DNA from: an uncultured virus (IMG/VR IMGVR_UViG_2061766007_000288)
Taxonomy: Duplodnaviria; Heunggongvirae; Uroviricota; Caudoviricetes
Virus record (IMG/VR): IMGVR_UViG_2061766007_000288
Length of the DNA stretch: 64,000 nt
Reading direction: 5' to 3' (one strand)
Numbering within the stretch: position 1 is the stretch's first letter; each line of letters starts with the position of its first letter. Positions 34,602 through 44,847 of this stretch are shown here, piece by piece. The translations under genes and the position numbers were made by a program. The notes beneath the pieces were generated by a model that had not been told where the DNA came from, ran no database searches, and saw only the letters and a list, made by a program, of their open reading frames with translations.

Positions 34602-35402
34602 ATGCAAGGGACAACCGGTAAAATTCTAGTTTCAATGACCTCCTACCCCGGTCGTATCAAGAATGTAGGCATCTCAATCTTTCTTCTTCTTGAACAGCAA
34701 ACGCTCCCACCGGATGAAATTCACCTGTGGCTAGCAGTGTCTCAGTTTCCTAGCAAGGAAGCCGATTTACCAGAAGACTTGCAAAAGGTCCTCAGGCACC
34801 CGAAGGTGACGCTACATTGGCTACCCGAGAATACCTATGTGCACAAGAGGCACGAGATTTTCAAGATTGCTGCGCCGGAAGACTGCGTGTTTCTCATCGA
34901 CGATGACGTGAAGTACGCCGATAATCTAATTGAAACTGTCATGGGGGTGCACCGAAAGCATCCTGGGTGCATCGTGTGCTACAATAACTACTCGCCACAT
35001 CAATACAATGGCAAGCATATTCTCTATAATTACCCAAAAATGACACCCGGACCACATATAAATAAATATAGATGGTGTGGTCAAAGTATGATACCAGTAA
35101 ATATATATCCAACTGAAGTTCTCGATACTAATCATCAAGCAATGCGCAATCAAACGTCGCCGGTTAGCGATGAATGCTGGTTTCAACCATGGATAGTATG
35201 GCATGATATACCCATATTTTATTTATCATATGGTTGGGGGGAAGACATTGACCCCGGAAATGGAAAGGACAAGGGTCTAGTTGCATGGTCACATCAGAAG
35301 GATGCGAGTGGATATGAAAAGCGTGACCTCTGGTTGAATGCTGTTCTAACCGCATATCCGGAAATCATGAAAAAGTATGTACAGGAGTTTAATTATGGAT
35401 AA
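34602..35402 (+). CDS. GT-A fold glycosyltransferase (paralog 2)
   Basis: ILVSMTSYPGRI, PDEIHLWL and FLIDDD motifs; late promoter upstream. Confidence 0.75.
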   Translation: MQGTTGKILVSMTSYPGRIKNVGISIFLLLEQQTLPPDEIHLWLAVSQFPSKEADLPEDLQKVLRHPKVTLHWLPENTYVHKRHEIFKIAAPEDCVFLIDDDVKYADNLIETVMGVHRKHPGCIVCYNNYSPHQYNGKHILYNYPKMTPGPHINKYRWCGQSMIPVNIYPTEVLDTNHQAMRNQTSPVSDECWFQPWIVWHDIPIFYLSYGWGEDIDPGNGKDKGLVAWSHQKDASGYEKRDLWLNAVLTAYPEIMKKYVQEFNYG

Positions 35403-36075
35403 TGAATGGTTGGAATACTGCAAGACCTTTATACCACAGATTAAAGCCAGGCATAAGCAGATGCTTGGCCGCGAATGCAACTTGGATAATCCTCAGCGTT
35501 TGACCGACAAGCTCGAATGGCTGAAAGTGTATGATTCAACATTCTTAAAGACATACTGTTCCGATAAGTTGACCTCCCGTAAATATGTTGCCGCAAAACT
35601 AGGTAAGGATATATCTATACCGGTTATTGGCATCTATGACAAATTCGATGATATCGATTTTAGTAAACTTCCTAATGATTATGTAATCAAGACGAATCAC
35701 GGCAGTCACACAAATGTCATAGTTCGGAACGGAAAGATTGACAAAGCCAAGGTAAAGAAGCAGTTCGATGAATGGATGAGCAAGGATTGGAGCTGGTGGG
35801 GATATGAATTGAATTATATTCCTATTCCTCGTAAGATATTTATTGAACCATTCATGAATGATGGCCATCCTGATTTGGTTGATTACAAGTTCCTGTGTTT
35901 TAATAGTAAACCAACCTATTGTCAAGTCATTTCTGACCGGAATGGAAAACTTAAACGACTAAATTATCTCGACAGAAAATGGCTACCTGTATCTGACATC
36001 TCTCGTGTTGATTTCCCGGCAAATTATTCCATAATCGACAATCCACCACGTTCAATAAATGTATACAATACATGA
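35395..36075 (+). CDS. TupA-like ATP-grasp protein (possibly C-terminally truncated)
   Basis: NLDNPQRLTDKLEWLK, DKLTSRKYV, LPNDYVIKTNHGS and DYKFLCFN motifs. Confidence 0.8.
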   Translation: MDNEWLEYCKTFIPQIKARHKQMLGRECNLDNPQRLTDKLEWLKVYDSTFLKTYCSDKLTSRKYVAAKLGKDISIPVIGIYDKFDDIDFSKLPNDYVIKTNHGSHTNVIVRNGKIDKAKVKKQFDEWMSKDWSWWGYELNYIPIPRKIFIEPFMNDGHPDLVDYKFLCFNSKPTYCQVISDRNGKLKRLNYLDRKWLPVSDISRVDFPANYSIIDNPPRSINVYNT

Positions 36076-36135
36076 ATGATTTTTCTGATTTTGAATTAGG
36101 TAATATGCTTAAACTATAAATATAATAAATGTTGC

Positions 36136-36876
36136 TTATATTATTTGATGTGGTCTTACTGGAACATGTTCAATGTTATGAGACTTAAAAATTCGATACA
36201 TTAAATAATTTTCATTTATACCTTCTGTTCGGAATTGCGCTCGCTTTTCACCAAGTGTTTCAACATGACTGTGTATTGCCGCAACACTACTCATTGGCTT
36301 ATGTAATGATATGATGCTAATATTCATTGAACGACAATAAGAAGTCATAAATAAATCATCATGACTAAAATCAAGTGATAAACACTCGTCTATAATTCCA
36401 GATATATCATGCCTATTTTGTAATATATTTGGTGGATATAATGCGGCATAACCCCATATATTACAATCAGTGGTTTCGGCAATAACTGCCGTTTGATGGG
36501 TTTTCCATATATTATATAATTCGCCGGCATAATTATACACATATACACAATCATCATCTGCAGAAATGATAGGTACATTTACATAACGCATTGCGCAAAA
36601 AAACCATTTTTTAAACGACTTGTAATTCCTCTTGCACCACAGAATCTCGAACACACCGGCCTTATTCATGAGCACCAGGTCCCTCGGGAGCTCCTGTTCC
36701 TTCCTGGGGAACTCCTCCTCGGCCAAGGTGAGAACAATGTGGTAATCGGGACCGCAGGTCTCAAACAGGTTATAGATGGTGAGACCGACGGTATTGATAC
36801 GCTTCTTCCAGGACGTAAGGGCGATACATGCGCGAATGTTCGGAGCCAGGGTCCCTTGTTCGATATGTTCAATCAT
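36136..36876 (-). CDS. GT-A fold glycosyltransferase (paralog 3)
   Basis: CIALTSWKKRI, NYKSFKK, IISADDD and HDDLF motifs. Confidence 0.75.
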   Translation of the reverse strand: MIEHIEQGTLAPNIRACIALTSWKKRINTVGLTIYNLFETCGPDYHIVLTLAEEEFPRKEQELPRDLVLMNKAGVFEILWCKRNYKSFKKWFFCAMRYVNVPIISADDDCVYVYNYAGELYNIWKTHQTAVIAETTDCNIWGYAALYPPNILQNRHDISGIIDECLSLDFSHDDLFMTSYCRSMNISIISLHKPMSSVAAIHSHVETLGEKRAQFRTEGINENYLMYRIFKSHNIEHVPVRPHQII

Positions 36877-38156
36877 GTTTTATCTAACTTCCTTTCCATC
36901 CTTAACAGCTCCACACCGTTATCCGATACTGTACCCACTTCCCGGAATCCGTGATTTCGGTACAGTTGAATTGCTGGAGAATTCATTTGGTTGACCGTCA
37001 GTGCCACCGGTCTTCCGCCGGCCATTTCGGTAACCTTGTCCAGGAGAGTACCTCCTACTCCAGCGTTCCTGTACTCGGGCAGCACGTACAGGTCGTATAT
37101 GAACATCTTTCCGCTATCCAACCCGTAGGCCACCAGACCCCTGCCGTCAGTAAGCGACTGCACTTTTCCTGCCTGGATTTCCCGGATGAACCTGTCGGAA
37201 TCCGCGCTGATTTCTTCATGGTTGGAATCCCAGTCTCCTCGAAGCTGGTGCTCTTCCTTCGTAGCCTTCATAATGAACTTGTATAGTTCGTCGGTGGTTG
37301 GCTGTCTCAGTTGACATTCGCCTTCCGGACATCCAGAGGACTGATTTTCCTGTGGCACGAACTTTATATCCACGCCGATTTCCCGATAGTCGCTGCCCAT
37401 GCGGTCGTTGACGTCATACATCTCCACCGGCGTACTCGCCAGTTTGCTCACCGGTACATAGAAGCATATCGTGCGCCTGTTGTGCATAGTGTACGAGCCG
37501 GCCTTCTCGGCCTCCAACACCGTGTAGGCCTCGGCTGTACCCGATGGCATCCCCTGGGAAGCCCACGAGCGGTTCCTGGACGGCTTGTAAGACGACCAGT
37601 CCACCACTATGCCAAGCTGCCTGAGTTTCGCGTCCACCTTCGCCTGGGCTCCGGTAGTAGGACAGAAACTGGCCGGTATCTCGGGGGAACCGGGGGAACC
37701 GGCGCTTTCCTGAAGGCTGTTGTGACTAGGGGAAAATAAATCATCCACCCCACCGGGACACGGGATATCCACGGTAATCGCATCCGGCTCACCCTTGAAC
37801 TTGATGGACGCAGATGTTATGAACGCTCCTCCATCTTCTGACGTTGCAAGCCATTTGTTGAAATCCTCCGCATCCTCTATAAACCGCCCAATGACATCCT
37901 CCCGGGTAACCGAGTCCTTCTGCCGGGTCGCCCACAGGCTGTCCAGGTTGATGTCCATGTCCATGCTGGGGTCGGCAGCGTGGTATACGTGGATCCACTC
38001 GACCGTATCCCAGGCCGAACCGGTCCCCGTGTCTCCTGTATCGGCCTCGCACAGGGCAGCAAAGCCCTCCTGTAGTGGACGGATTGCGCCCGTACAGTCG
38101 AACTGTGTACAGACGGACTCGACGAAAGAACGATAGGATTTCTGCATGGGATTCAT
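36873..38156 (-). CDS. multidomain putative head protein with C-terminal GNAT acetyltransferase
   Basis: IYDLYVLPEYRNAGVGGTLL...NSPAIQLYRNHGF; leader ends ALCEA; late promoter upstream. Confidence 0.75.
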   Translation of the reverse strand: MNPMQKSYRSFVESVCTQFDCTGAIRPLQEGFAALCEADTGDTGTGSAWDTVEWIHVYHAADPSMDMDINLDSLWATRQKDSVTREDVIGRFIEDAEDFNKWLATSEDGGAFITSASIKFKGEPDAITVDIPCPGGVDDLFSPSHNSLQESAGSPGSPEIPASFCPTTGAQAKVDAKLRQLGIVVDWSSYKPSRNRSWASQGMPSGTAEAYTVLEAEKAGSYTMHNRRTICFYVPVSKLASTPVEMYDVNDRMGSDYREIGVDIKFVPQENQSSGCPEGECQLRQPTTDELYKFIMKATKEEHQLRGDWDSNHEEISADSDRFIREIQAGKVQSLTDGRGLVAYGLDSGKMFIYDLYVLPEYRNAGVGGTLLDKVTEMAGGRPVALTVNQMNSPAIQLYRNHGFREVGTVSDNGVELLRMERKLDKT

Positions 38157-38321
38157 TGTCAAAACCTCGCCCCGCAGTTTATAGCTTTTCGCTACTTGCC
38201 GGGACGGGAAATATGTGTCCGATGTAGGGGCACAGGACCACGGTGTCCTTGGGGACACTGTTCTTGATGATTTCGAGGGCCTTCCTGATGTCCCCGTTGG
38301 CGCCGGGGACCGGCCTGATGT

Positions 38322-40298
38322 CTATTGCCGACATTTCTTCTTCCTTTGGCGCCTCTGCGCCCTGTTGCCCTTGCCGCCCCTCCATGCCTCGATCAGGCGC
38401 ATGCGGGCCTCGCTGGTAGTGATGTGTTCCTGGGTGGCCAGGAGGAAAGTGAGGCCGACGGGGATATGGGAGCCGTCCGGATAGGTAAGCGGCACGTCGT
38501 CCTCGAACAGAGGGGGCATCTTGTTAAGATTTACAGACATCGTTGCTCTCCCAAACATCGCCGACGATGCGACCGATGATATCTTCCTCCTTGCCGCAGT
38601 TGAGGATAATCATCCTGTCCGTGCCGCATGGCCTGAGAATGGCATACATCTCATGTCCATTGCCGCCAGCGAATATATCCGTCGTCACACGGGCCCCGGT
38701 CGGTTCCATCGTGTACTCGCCCAGGGTATCCTTTACCGGAATGAGGAACGTAGTGGGCAATGTTGACAGCATGGCAACAAGGTCCGGGGACATGATGATC
38801 CACGCGGCTCCGTTTCTGACTGCCTCTTTGAGAATGAATTCATGCAGTTCCTTTACCTTGTCTTCCACGAGCCAGCGGCATTTCTTCTGCCAGGGCCAAC
38901 GCCTTTTGAGCTTGAACTTCTTTACCTTTGTTACTTGCATATTACCTCTCCAAGATATTCTTCTCTGTACCGTTTCTCGTCAGCCACCGAAAGTTTCAGT
39001 CGTTCATACTCCGGTATGGTGAGTACATGGGACTGCTCCTTCCGTTTCTGCTCGGCGAGTATCCTATTCCACTTCTTCGTCATGCTTAATCTCCGATGTT
39101 ATCTTAACGTTGAGATACAGTTACTAGAAATCATATAAAATGAATTCAGTTATTTTTGGCCTGTCGGGGACTGTGAACTCCCGACCACGGAAATTGGATT
39201 TCCTTTTTCATCGAAGAAGCCTTCCTTGGTCCAGAAGAACCCGGACTTCTTGTGCAGCTTCCACGTGAATACGAGTGCATGACTGCAGTCGGGCAGGCCT
39301 TCCGAGTGGAGGTTGGCGTTGATTGCGCCTACCTCGTCGGCATCGAACATGCAGTAGTGATACATGTCAGCAAGGGTGGGTTCACCCAGCAGTGGGGGCA
39401 TTTTGCGCTTGGACAGCGGGAGGTCTCCCTCGGTCATGCCCTTGGCAACAAGTTCGGCCTTCCATTCCTTGTATTCCTTGCTGGCCTTCTGCTTCGCTTC
39501 CCAACGCTCCTTGACACGCGCTTTCAACTTCTCGGCATATTTCGCTGAATCACAGATGTTTTTCAGCTTCCAGTCGCTCACTTCCTTGGCGACATAGTAG
39601 ACCGGTTCCGGATCCTTCTCGTGCGCGTCGAGCCATTCCACCTCGGCATCGTAGTCGTACTTGGCGCGGAAGTGACCAAGGAAGAACCGGAAACCGTTGG
39701 GGTAACGCTTGTACAGGGCGTAGCAAATCTTTCCGGGCCACAGGACGTTATCGTCAAACTTCTCTACAACTATTTCGCTCATATCCACCACCTATATATT
39801 CGCGATGTACTGAATAAGGTCATACTTCATGCCTGTGACCAGAAGATTGTACACATCGTCCGTATCGAATCTGTTAAACGGGTCCGCGGACATATCCTCG
39901 CTCATATGAAAATACGATTCCATCTTTTCCGGCATTATCTTCTGGACAATGTCCTTCAACTTCTCAGCACGTTCCTGGTTTGTCTCAGTATGCTTCGAAA
40001 TCTCATTGCTTACGTTTATCAGATCGCATATCAGCGCATTCTGCTTGTCCTTCTTCGTCACTTCGGGCGATGTCGCGTCCAGCAAGGTTTCCCGCAGAGA
40101 CCCCGGTCCATTCGTGCTGCACACCGCTTCCAGTGCTTCAAGGCTAATCTTGAAGGGAATTCCGCCCCTGGAATAGTTCACGATATATGACATGTCGTCG
40201 TTATTGAGCGTAATGTACAACTCCCCGCCTATCTCGTCAACAACCGACTTAAGTTCTGCAAGGAAATCGCTTTCGTTGAATTCCGTTTCCTGTCTCAT
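38322..40298 (-). other. cluster of hypothetical CDSs (38322-38540, 38524-38940, 39150-39791, 39792-40298)
   Basis: Co-oriented ORFs with GGAG/GAGG RBSs. Confidence 0.6.
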
Positions 40299-41270
40299 CC
40301 TTCGAATCCTGTCTCGTTAATTTGAATAATGGTATCTATCTGCCCGATGAACATCCTGTCCTCATCGGTGAAACTCCACCAGCCGCGGCCGGTCATAGAT
40401 TTCCTGTTTGCGGTCATCTTGGCCTTTGCGGCCCCGATAGTGGCAAAGTGGGTAGCTTGGGAAATATCGGTTTCCCATCGGCCACAGCCCTTACCTCCCC
40501 AGTAATGTATATCCGTGTCGTTTCGGTCAGGACTGGGAATCCAGCAGAGTACCCATGTTTTCAATGGCGCTTCAATCATTTGTCTCTCCATACGACTACT
40601 ACGTTTCCTAGAGGCGCTTGACGGACTTGGCTTTCGCACACTTGTTTGACCAAGCTTCTCGTTTGACCTTCTTACTATTCTTGACATCAAGCTCTTTCAG
40701 TAAATTATCGACACATTGTTTAACTTTATTTGCAATCCGTTCGGCATTTTCGTAAGACCACAGGCAGTCTGGTGCCGGTTCTTTCGCAACAACTAAGAAA
40801 CCAGTCGAGTGTCCATACTTATCCAAGTAACTCCATTCGNNNNNNNNNNTGTCGCCATGGAACCGAGGTCTTTGCCGTTTTCATCCCTCATTTGGAGGAA
40901 GCTTGCTTGAATGAATGCCATTTTTAACTCCTTTTTTGTAATAGATACCGATAATATAGCACATGTTGCCGATTTTGTCAATTCAATGTGCTATTTTGCT
41001 AGCAAAATGTGGCTTGTTGACGTTATTTGTCTGGAATTCCGTGATTTTTAAGGTATCTGACGGAACAGCGGTGCTTTGCTTGGATAAATTTGATGACGGT
41101 TTTCTTGTCGGCTTCGTCCTTGTATTCCAATTTGACTCGTCGAGAGTCTTGTTGGAAAAGTCTTTCATTGCTGTGCTTGTTGTGGATTCTGTATGCGTAT
41201 GCCTCGACCCCGGCCCGGAAGCCGAGAACGAAGAATATAGTACCAAATATAGCAAAATCGGAAAATTCCG

Positions 41271-42668
41271 TCATACGAGGACATGAAGCTCCTTCGCGGC
41301 TCTGGTGAACGCGGTATACTTCAGCTTGTTGCGAAGCTCGTGCTCTTGGATTCGGTTGATGTTCCTCTCGACGACAAACACGTTTTGTATGGTTGAACCC
41401 TGCGACTTGTGCGCGGTGAGCGCGTAGATGTATCCTACCCACAGGTAGTAGTGGTTGAGCGCGGCGTAGTCCTTCCACGCTTCCTTCGGCGTGTAGATCT
41501 TGTGGCCGTTCTTGTCTTCCTTCTCAAGTCGTTCCTTGGCCTGTATGGCAAGTTCCTCGCGGAGCTTGTAGAAGTCTTCGAGGCCGTCCGGACGGATGAT
41601 GTACGCGGTGGCGTTGGTCTTGCGCTTCTTGCGCTTAACGACGTTAGAAACCTCGACCTTGAAGCACTTTATGTGGTAGCAAGGGTCTTCGACATCCTCG
41701 ATGGAGTTGATTATCAAGTGCTCCTCGATGTTGTATATGACGCTGAACATCAGGTTCCTTCCCACATGCACGTCGTTTCCGTACGTGCGCACCACGCGCA
41801 CTTCCTCGCCCACTTCGTACATTCGGGTACTGTCCGGATAGATTGCCGCACGGACACGCTCGTTGATGGCGTCCACCGCCGCGTTGGTGTACGCGACTGC
41901 CATCGCGTGGCTGGAGTCGTTCTTGAACTCTTCTGACGTGAAGTACGGCATCATCGTTGACATGAACTCGCGCTCGAAGTGGTGGAAGTAGATGCCAGTG
42001 CCGTCTTCGGAGACCTTCGTTTCGTGCGCGAACAAGTCGACCGGGCTCGTCATGTCCTCGCGCATCTTGGTGACTACGCCGAGGATTGGGTTCTGGTCTG
42101 CGGTACGCATTACCTTCGTGAGCTCCACCTTCATCGGAAGCTGGAAAATGACGGACTCCATGTAGCCCTTGTTGGCGTCGTCCACCGGAGGAATCTGACA
42201 GCGGTCTCCGACGTAGATAACTTTGATCGCCGTAAACGTACGCAGCTGCTTCTGGATCTCGTTAAGCAAGTTGTTCGATACCATAGACGCTTCGTCGATG
42301 ATGACGACTTCGTATTCGCAGAGGTGCGACTCGTGTTCCTTCTTGAGTTTCGGCTTGCCGTCGGAGAAGTCTAGTAAGACTAGGCCGAGCAGCGAGTATA
42401 TGGTCTTGTCGTAGTCTCGTCCGGTCGCTTGAGCGATGACTTCCACGGCCTTGTTCGTGGGCGCGGTACACACGCAGCGCGGCATGTCCTCGTTATCGCC
42501 GCTTTCCAGCTCGTCGAGCAGTACGTTGATTAGCGAGGTCTTTCCAGTACCAGCCGCGCCGTACAGAACCATCTGCCTACGGTCTGGTGCCTTCAGGAAC
42601 TTGTGTATGATTTCCAGCGCGTTGAGCTGGTCTTCGTTCAGATCGGATTTCTTTAATCTCTTGGCCAT
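41271..42668 (-). CDS. dda: Dda-like SF1B DNA helicase
   Basis: GAAGTGKT, APTNKA, IIDEASM, GDRCQIPPV, YALTAHKSQGST and YTAFTRA motifs. Confidence 0.9.
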   Translation of the reverse strand: MAKRLKKSDLNEDQLNALEIIHKFLKAPDRRQMVLYGAAGTGKTSLINVLLDELESGDNEDMPRCVCTAPTNKAVEVIAQATGRDYDKTIYSLLGLVLLDFSDGKPKLKKEHESHLCEYEVVIIDEASMVSNNLLNEIQKQLRTFTAIKVIYVGDRCQIPPVDDANKGYMESVIFQLPMKVELTKVMRTADQNPILGVVTKMREDMTSPVDLFAHETKVSEDGTGIYFHHFEREFMSTMMPYFTSEEFKNDSSHAMAVAYTNAAVDAINERVRAAIYPDSTRMYEVGEEVRVVRTYGNDVHVGRNLMFSVIYNIEEHLIINSIEDVEDPCYHIKCFKVEVSNVVKRKKRKTNATAYIIRPDGLEDFYKLREELAIQAKERLEKEDKNGHKIYTPKEAWKDYAALNHYYLWVGYIYALTAHKSQGSTIQNVFVVERNINRIQEHELRNKLKYTAFTRAAKELHVLV

Positions 42669-42732
42669 GGAGTTAAATTTAGAAAGAAAAATTATGAACT
42701 CAAGTTGTACACTATTCGCTCTGACGAGCGCA

Positions 42733-43845
42733 TTAAACCGTCGTTCCAACGGCGCTTATTCCATAGGAAAGAATATTTAACGCTGCATTGACATCTCGAT
42801 CATGATGTTCATTGCAGTTAGGACATATCCATTCTCGAACTGATAAGTTTTTCACGGCTTGATTTTTATAACCACACCGATGGCAAAGTTGACTGGATGG
42901 GAACCACCGAGAGACCTTTATTACATCGCGACCATACCAGCGAGCTTTATAATTTAGCATGTTAAGAAAGTGTCTCCATGCAGTATCTTGCGTAGATTTA
43001 GCCGTCGTTCTATTTTGCGCAATCGTTTTGATGTCTAAATCTTCGACTACAATCGTTTGGTTTTCGCGAATGAGTCGTGTAGATAATTTATGAAGGAAAT
43101 CTTCTCGCTGATGCATGATTTTTTCGTGTAACCGAGCGATTCGCTGTCTTAGTTTTTCATGCCGATGTGATTCTTTATGTGTCCGTGAAAACGCTCGTTG
43201 CAAGTTGGCGAGTTTTTCTTCGGAACGGGCAAAATACTTAGGATTGCTTATAATTTCGCCGTCGCTGGTTGCACAGAATTGATGTAACCCTAGATCAATT
43301 CCTATGGAAAACGTAGTTTTCGGTAATTGCTGGCAATCCTCCTCTTCAACCATAATCGACGCATAAAAGTGTCCACTTCGACCCATTGTTATCGTGGCGT
43401 GTTTAATCGTTTTGTTGTCCCATGATATATTCTGGTAATTTTTGAAGTTGATAAATCCGATTTTAGGCATTCGTAACTGATTATGCTCGATGCGTATATT
43501 GTTTTTCGTTGTATAGCTAGTGTATGAATGCGTATCGCTGTGCCGACTTTTAAATTTTGGCTTGCCATGCCCATCTTTCATGTGTCGGAACCACTGATTG
43601 TATGCGGTTTTCAAGTTAATGGTTTCTGCGGTAAGTGCATTAGAATCGACTTCTTTTAAGAATGGATATTCGGTATAATAATCAGTCGGTTTAGGAGAAC
43701 CACGTCTGCCAGTTGTGTGGTAGTTATGTATCATTGTTGCAAGCATACAATTATATACCAATCGGCAGCAGCCAAATGTTTTTATGAGCAGAGTTTGCTG
43801 TTCTGCCGTTGGATATAGTCGTATTTTATATGTCCGCTGCAACAT
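42733..43845 (-). CDS. tnpB: TnpB (IS605 OrfB-type), intact RuvC triad
   Basis: TYKIRLYPT, GIDLG, VVEDL, PSSQLCHRCG...CPNCNEHHDRDVNAALNI. Confidence 0.93.
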   Translation of the reverse strand: MLQRTYKIRLYPTAEQQTLLIKTFGCCRLVYNCMLATMIHNYHTTGRRGSPKPTDYYTEYPFLKEVDSNALTAETINLKTAYNQWFRHMKDGHGKPKFKSRHSDTHSYTSYTTKNNIRIEHNQLRMPKIGFINFKNYQNISWDNKTIKHATITMGRSGHFYASIMVEEEDCQQLPKTTFSIGIDLGLHQFCATSDGEIISNPKYFARSEEKLANLQRAFSRTHKESHRHEKLRQRIARLHEKIMHQREDFLHKLSTRLIRENQTIVVEDLDIKTIAQNRTTAKSTQDTAWRHFLNMLNYKARWYGRDVIKVSRWFPSSQLCHRCGYKNQAVKNLSVREWICPNCNEHHDRDVNAALNILSYGISAVGTTV

Positions 43846-43849
43846 TTAA

Positions 43850-43938
43850 AAATCCTATCGGAACTGGTACTTCCGATAGGATTTAATGCGCAACTGCGCA
43901 TTAGTAAAAGTCATCGAATTCGGCAAGTACCAGTTGCC
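43850..43938 (-). ncRNA. kissing-loop leader RNA, copy D (variant with extra middle hairpin)
   Basis: GGCAA-CTGGTAC-TTGCC; TAATGCGCA/TGCGCATTA; AAATCCTATCGGAA-GTACCAG-TTCCGATAGGATTT. Confidence 0.72.
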
Positions 43939-44057
43939 TTATATAACTTAGTTTATAATTTATTGAAACGCTCAATAGATTACGCCATACAGCTTATTAG
44001 TATGCAATATTGATATAAAATAGTATAAACTCAAATTAAAGGTAAATCGGGTCTTCT

Positions 44058-44504
44058 ATGCTCAAAACAATCGAAAAAATCGCTGGCAAGGGCACTCCTC
44101 TCTGTGAGTCGCTTCAGAAACTTTACACTCTTTGCGAAGGCGTCACGCAGCCTACGCAGAATTCGTTCGACCTTCTGAACAAGCGATACGGTGACGGAAC
44201 ACGTCCAGACCCGGCAAAGATCGCGCAAGCGGTCGATATCTTGGCGGACAATGACCAGAAACTGTATAACATGATGTACAGTTCGCGTTCGCCGTCACGT
44301 GCGGTCGCCTGGGTGACCATGATGCAAGAGCTGAACGCGTTCTTGGAGTATTGTGAGGCGAAGCCGTTGTCAGCGGAACAGTTCAAACGCTGGTTCCTTG
44401 CTGGCGGAATGACTCTCGAAGAAGGCATGAAGGACGCGGTCGCCGTTATCGATCGCAAGCGTGCGGCACGCAAGGCAGAACAAGCGAGCAACCCAGAGGC
44501 GTAG
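44058..44504 (+). CDS. putative head protein with leader ending TLCEG
   Basis: Late promoter 44024-44031; PLCESLQKLYTLCEG. Confidence 0.6.
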   Translation: MLKTIEKIAGKGTPLCESLQKLYTLCEGVTQPTQNSFDLLNKRYGDGTRPDPAKIAQAVDILADNDQKLYNMMYSSRSPSRAVAWVTMMQELNAFLEYCEAKPLSAEQFKRWFLAGGMTLEEGMKDAVAVIDRKRAARKAEQASNPEA

Positions 44505-44505
44505 C

Positions 44506-44847
44506 ATGTCCGAAAAGCACCAGATCTTCATCGAGTCGATGGTCAAGATGAGCAAGGTCTCGCCAACGTACGTGGAACCGTTGAAGGCCATTACGAAGTG
44601 CTATATCATCAACGAAGGCGTCGATATACACAATGTCGGCGCAAGTGTGACGAATACTTCTGACGACCTGATGAAGGCGATGCAGTTCGTCGCCGTGCTC
44701 GAAAGCGTTGCCGACCTGGGATACCGCGATTTGGCCAAGAGCGTGTATGACGTGTACTGCATTACAGAAAATTCGTATGGCGACGGTAATCGTACGTTGT
44801 TCGAATCGGAATTTACTGACATGGACAAGAGGGTTATCAACAGCTAA
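44506..44847 (+). CDS. putative head protein, 3' end replaced by IS607-like left end
   Basis: FIES...IINEG, VLES...ITEN, LFES; the last codons overlap the element left end. Confidence 0.55.
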   Translation: MSEKHQIFIESMVKMSKVSPTYVEPLKAITKCYIINEGVDIHNVGASVTNTSDDLMKAMQFVAVLESVADLGYRDLAKSVYDVYCITENSYGDGNRTLFESEFTDMDKRVINS

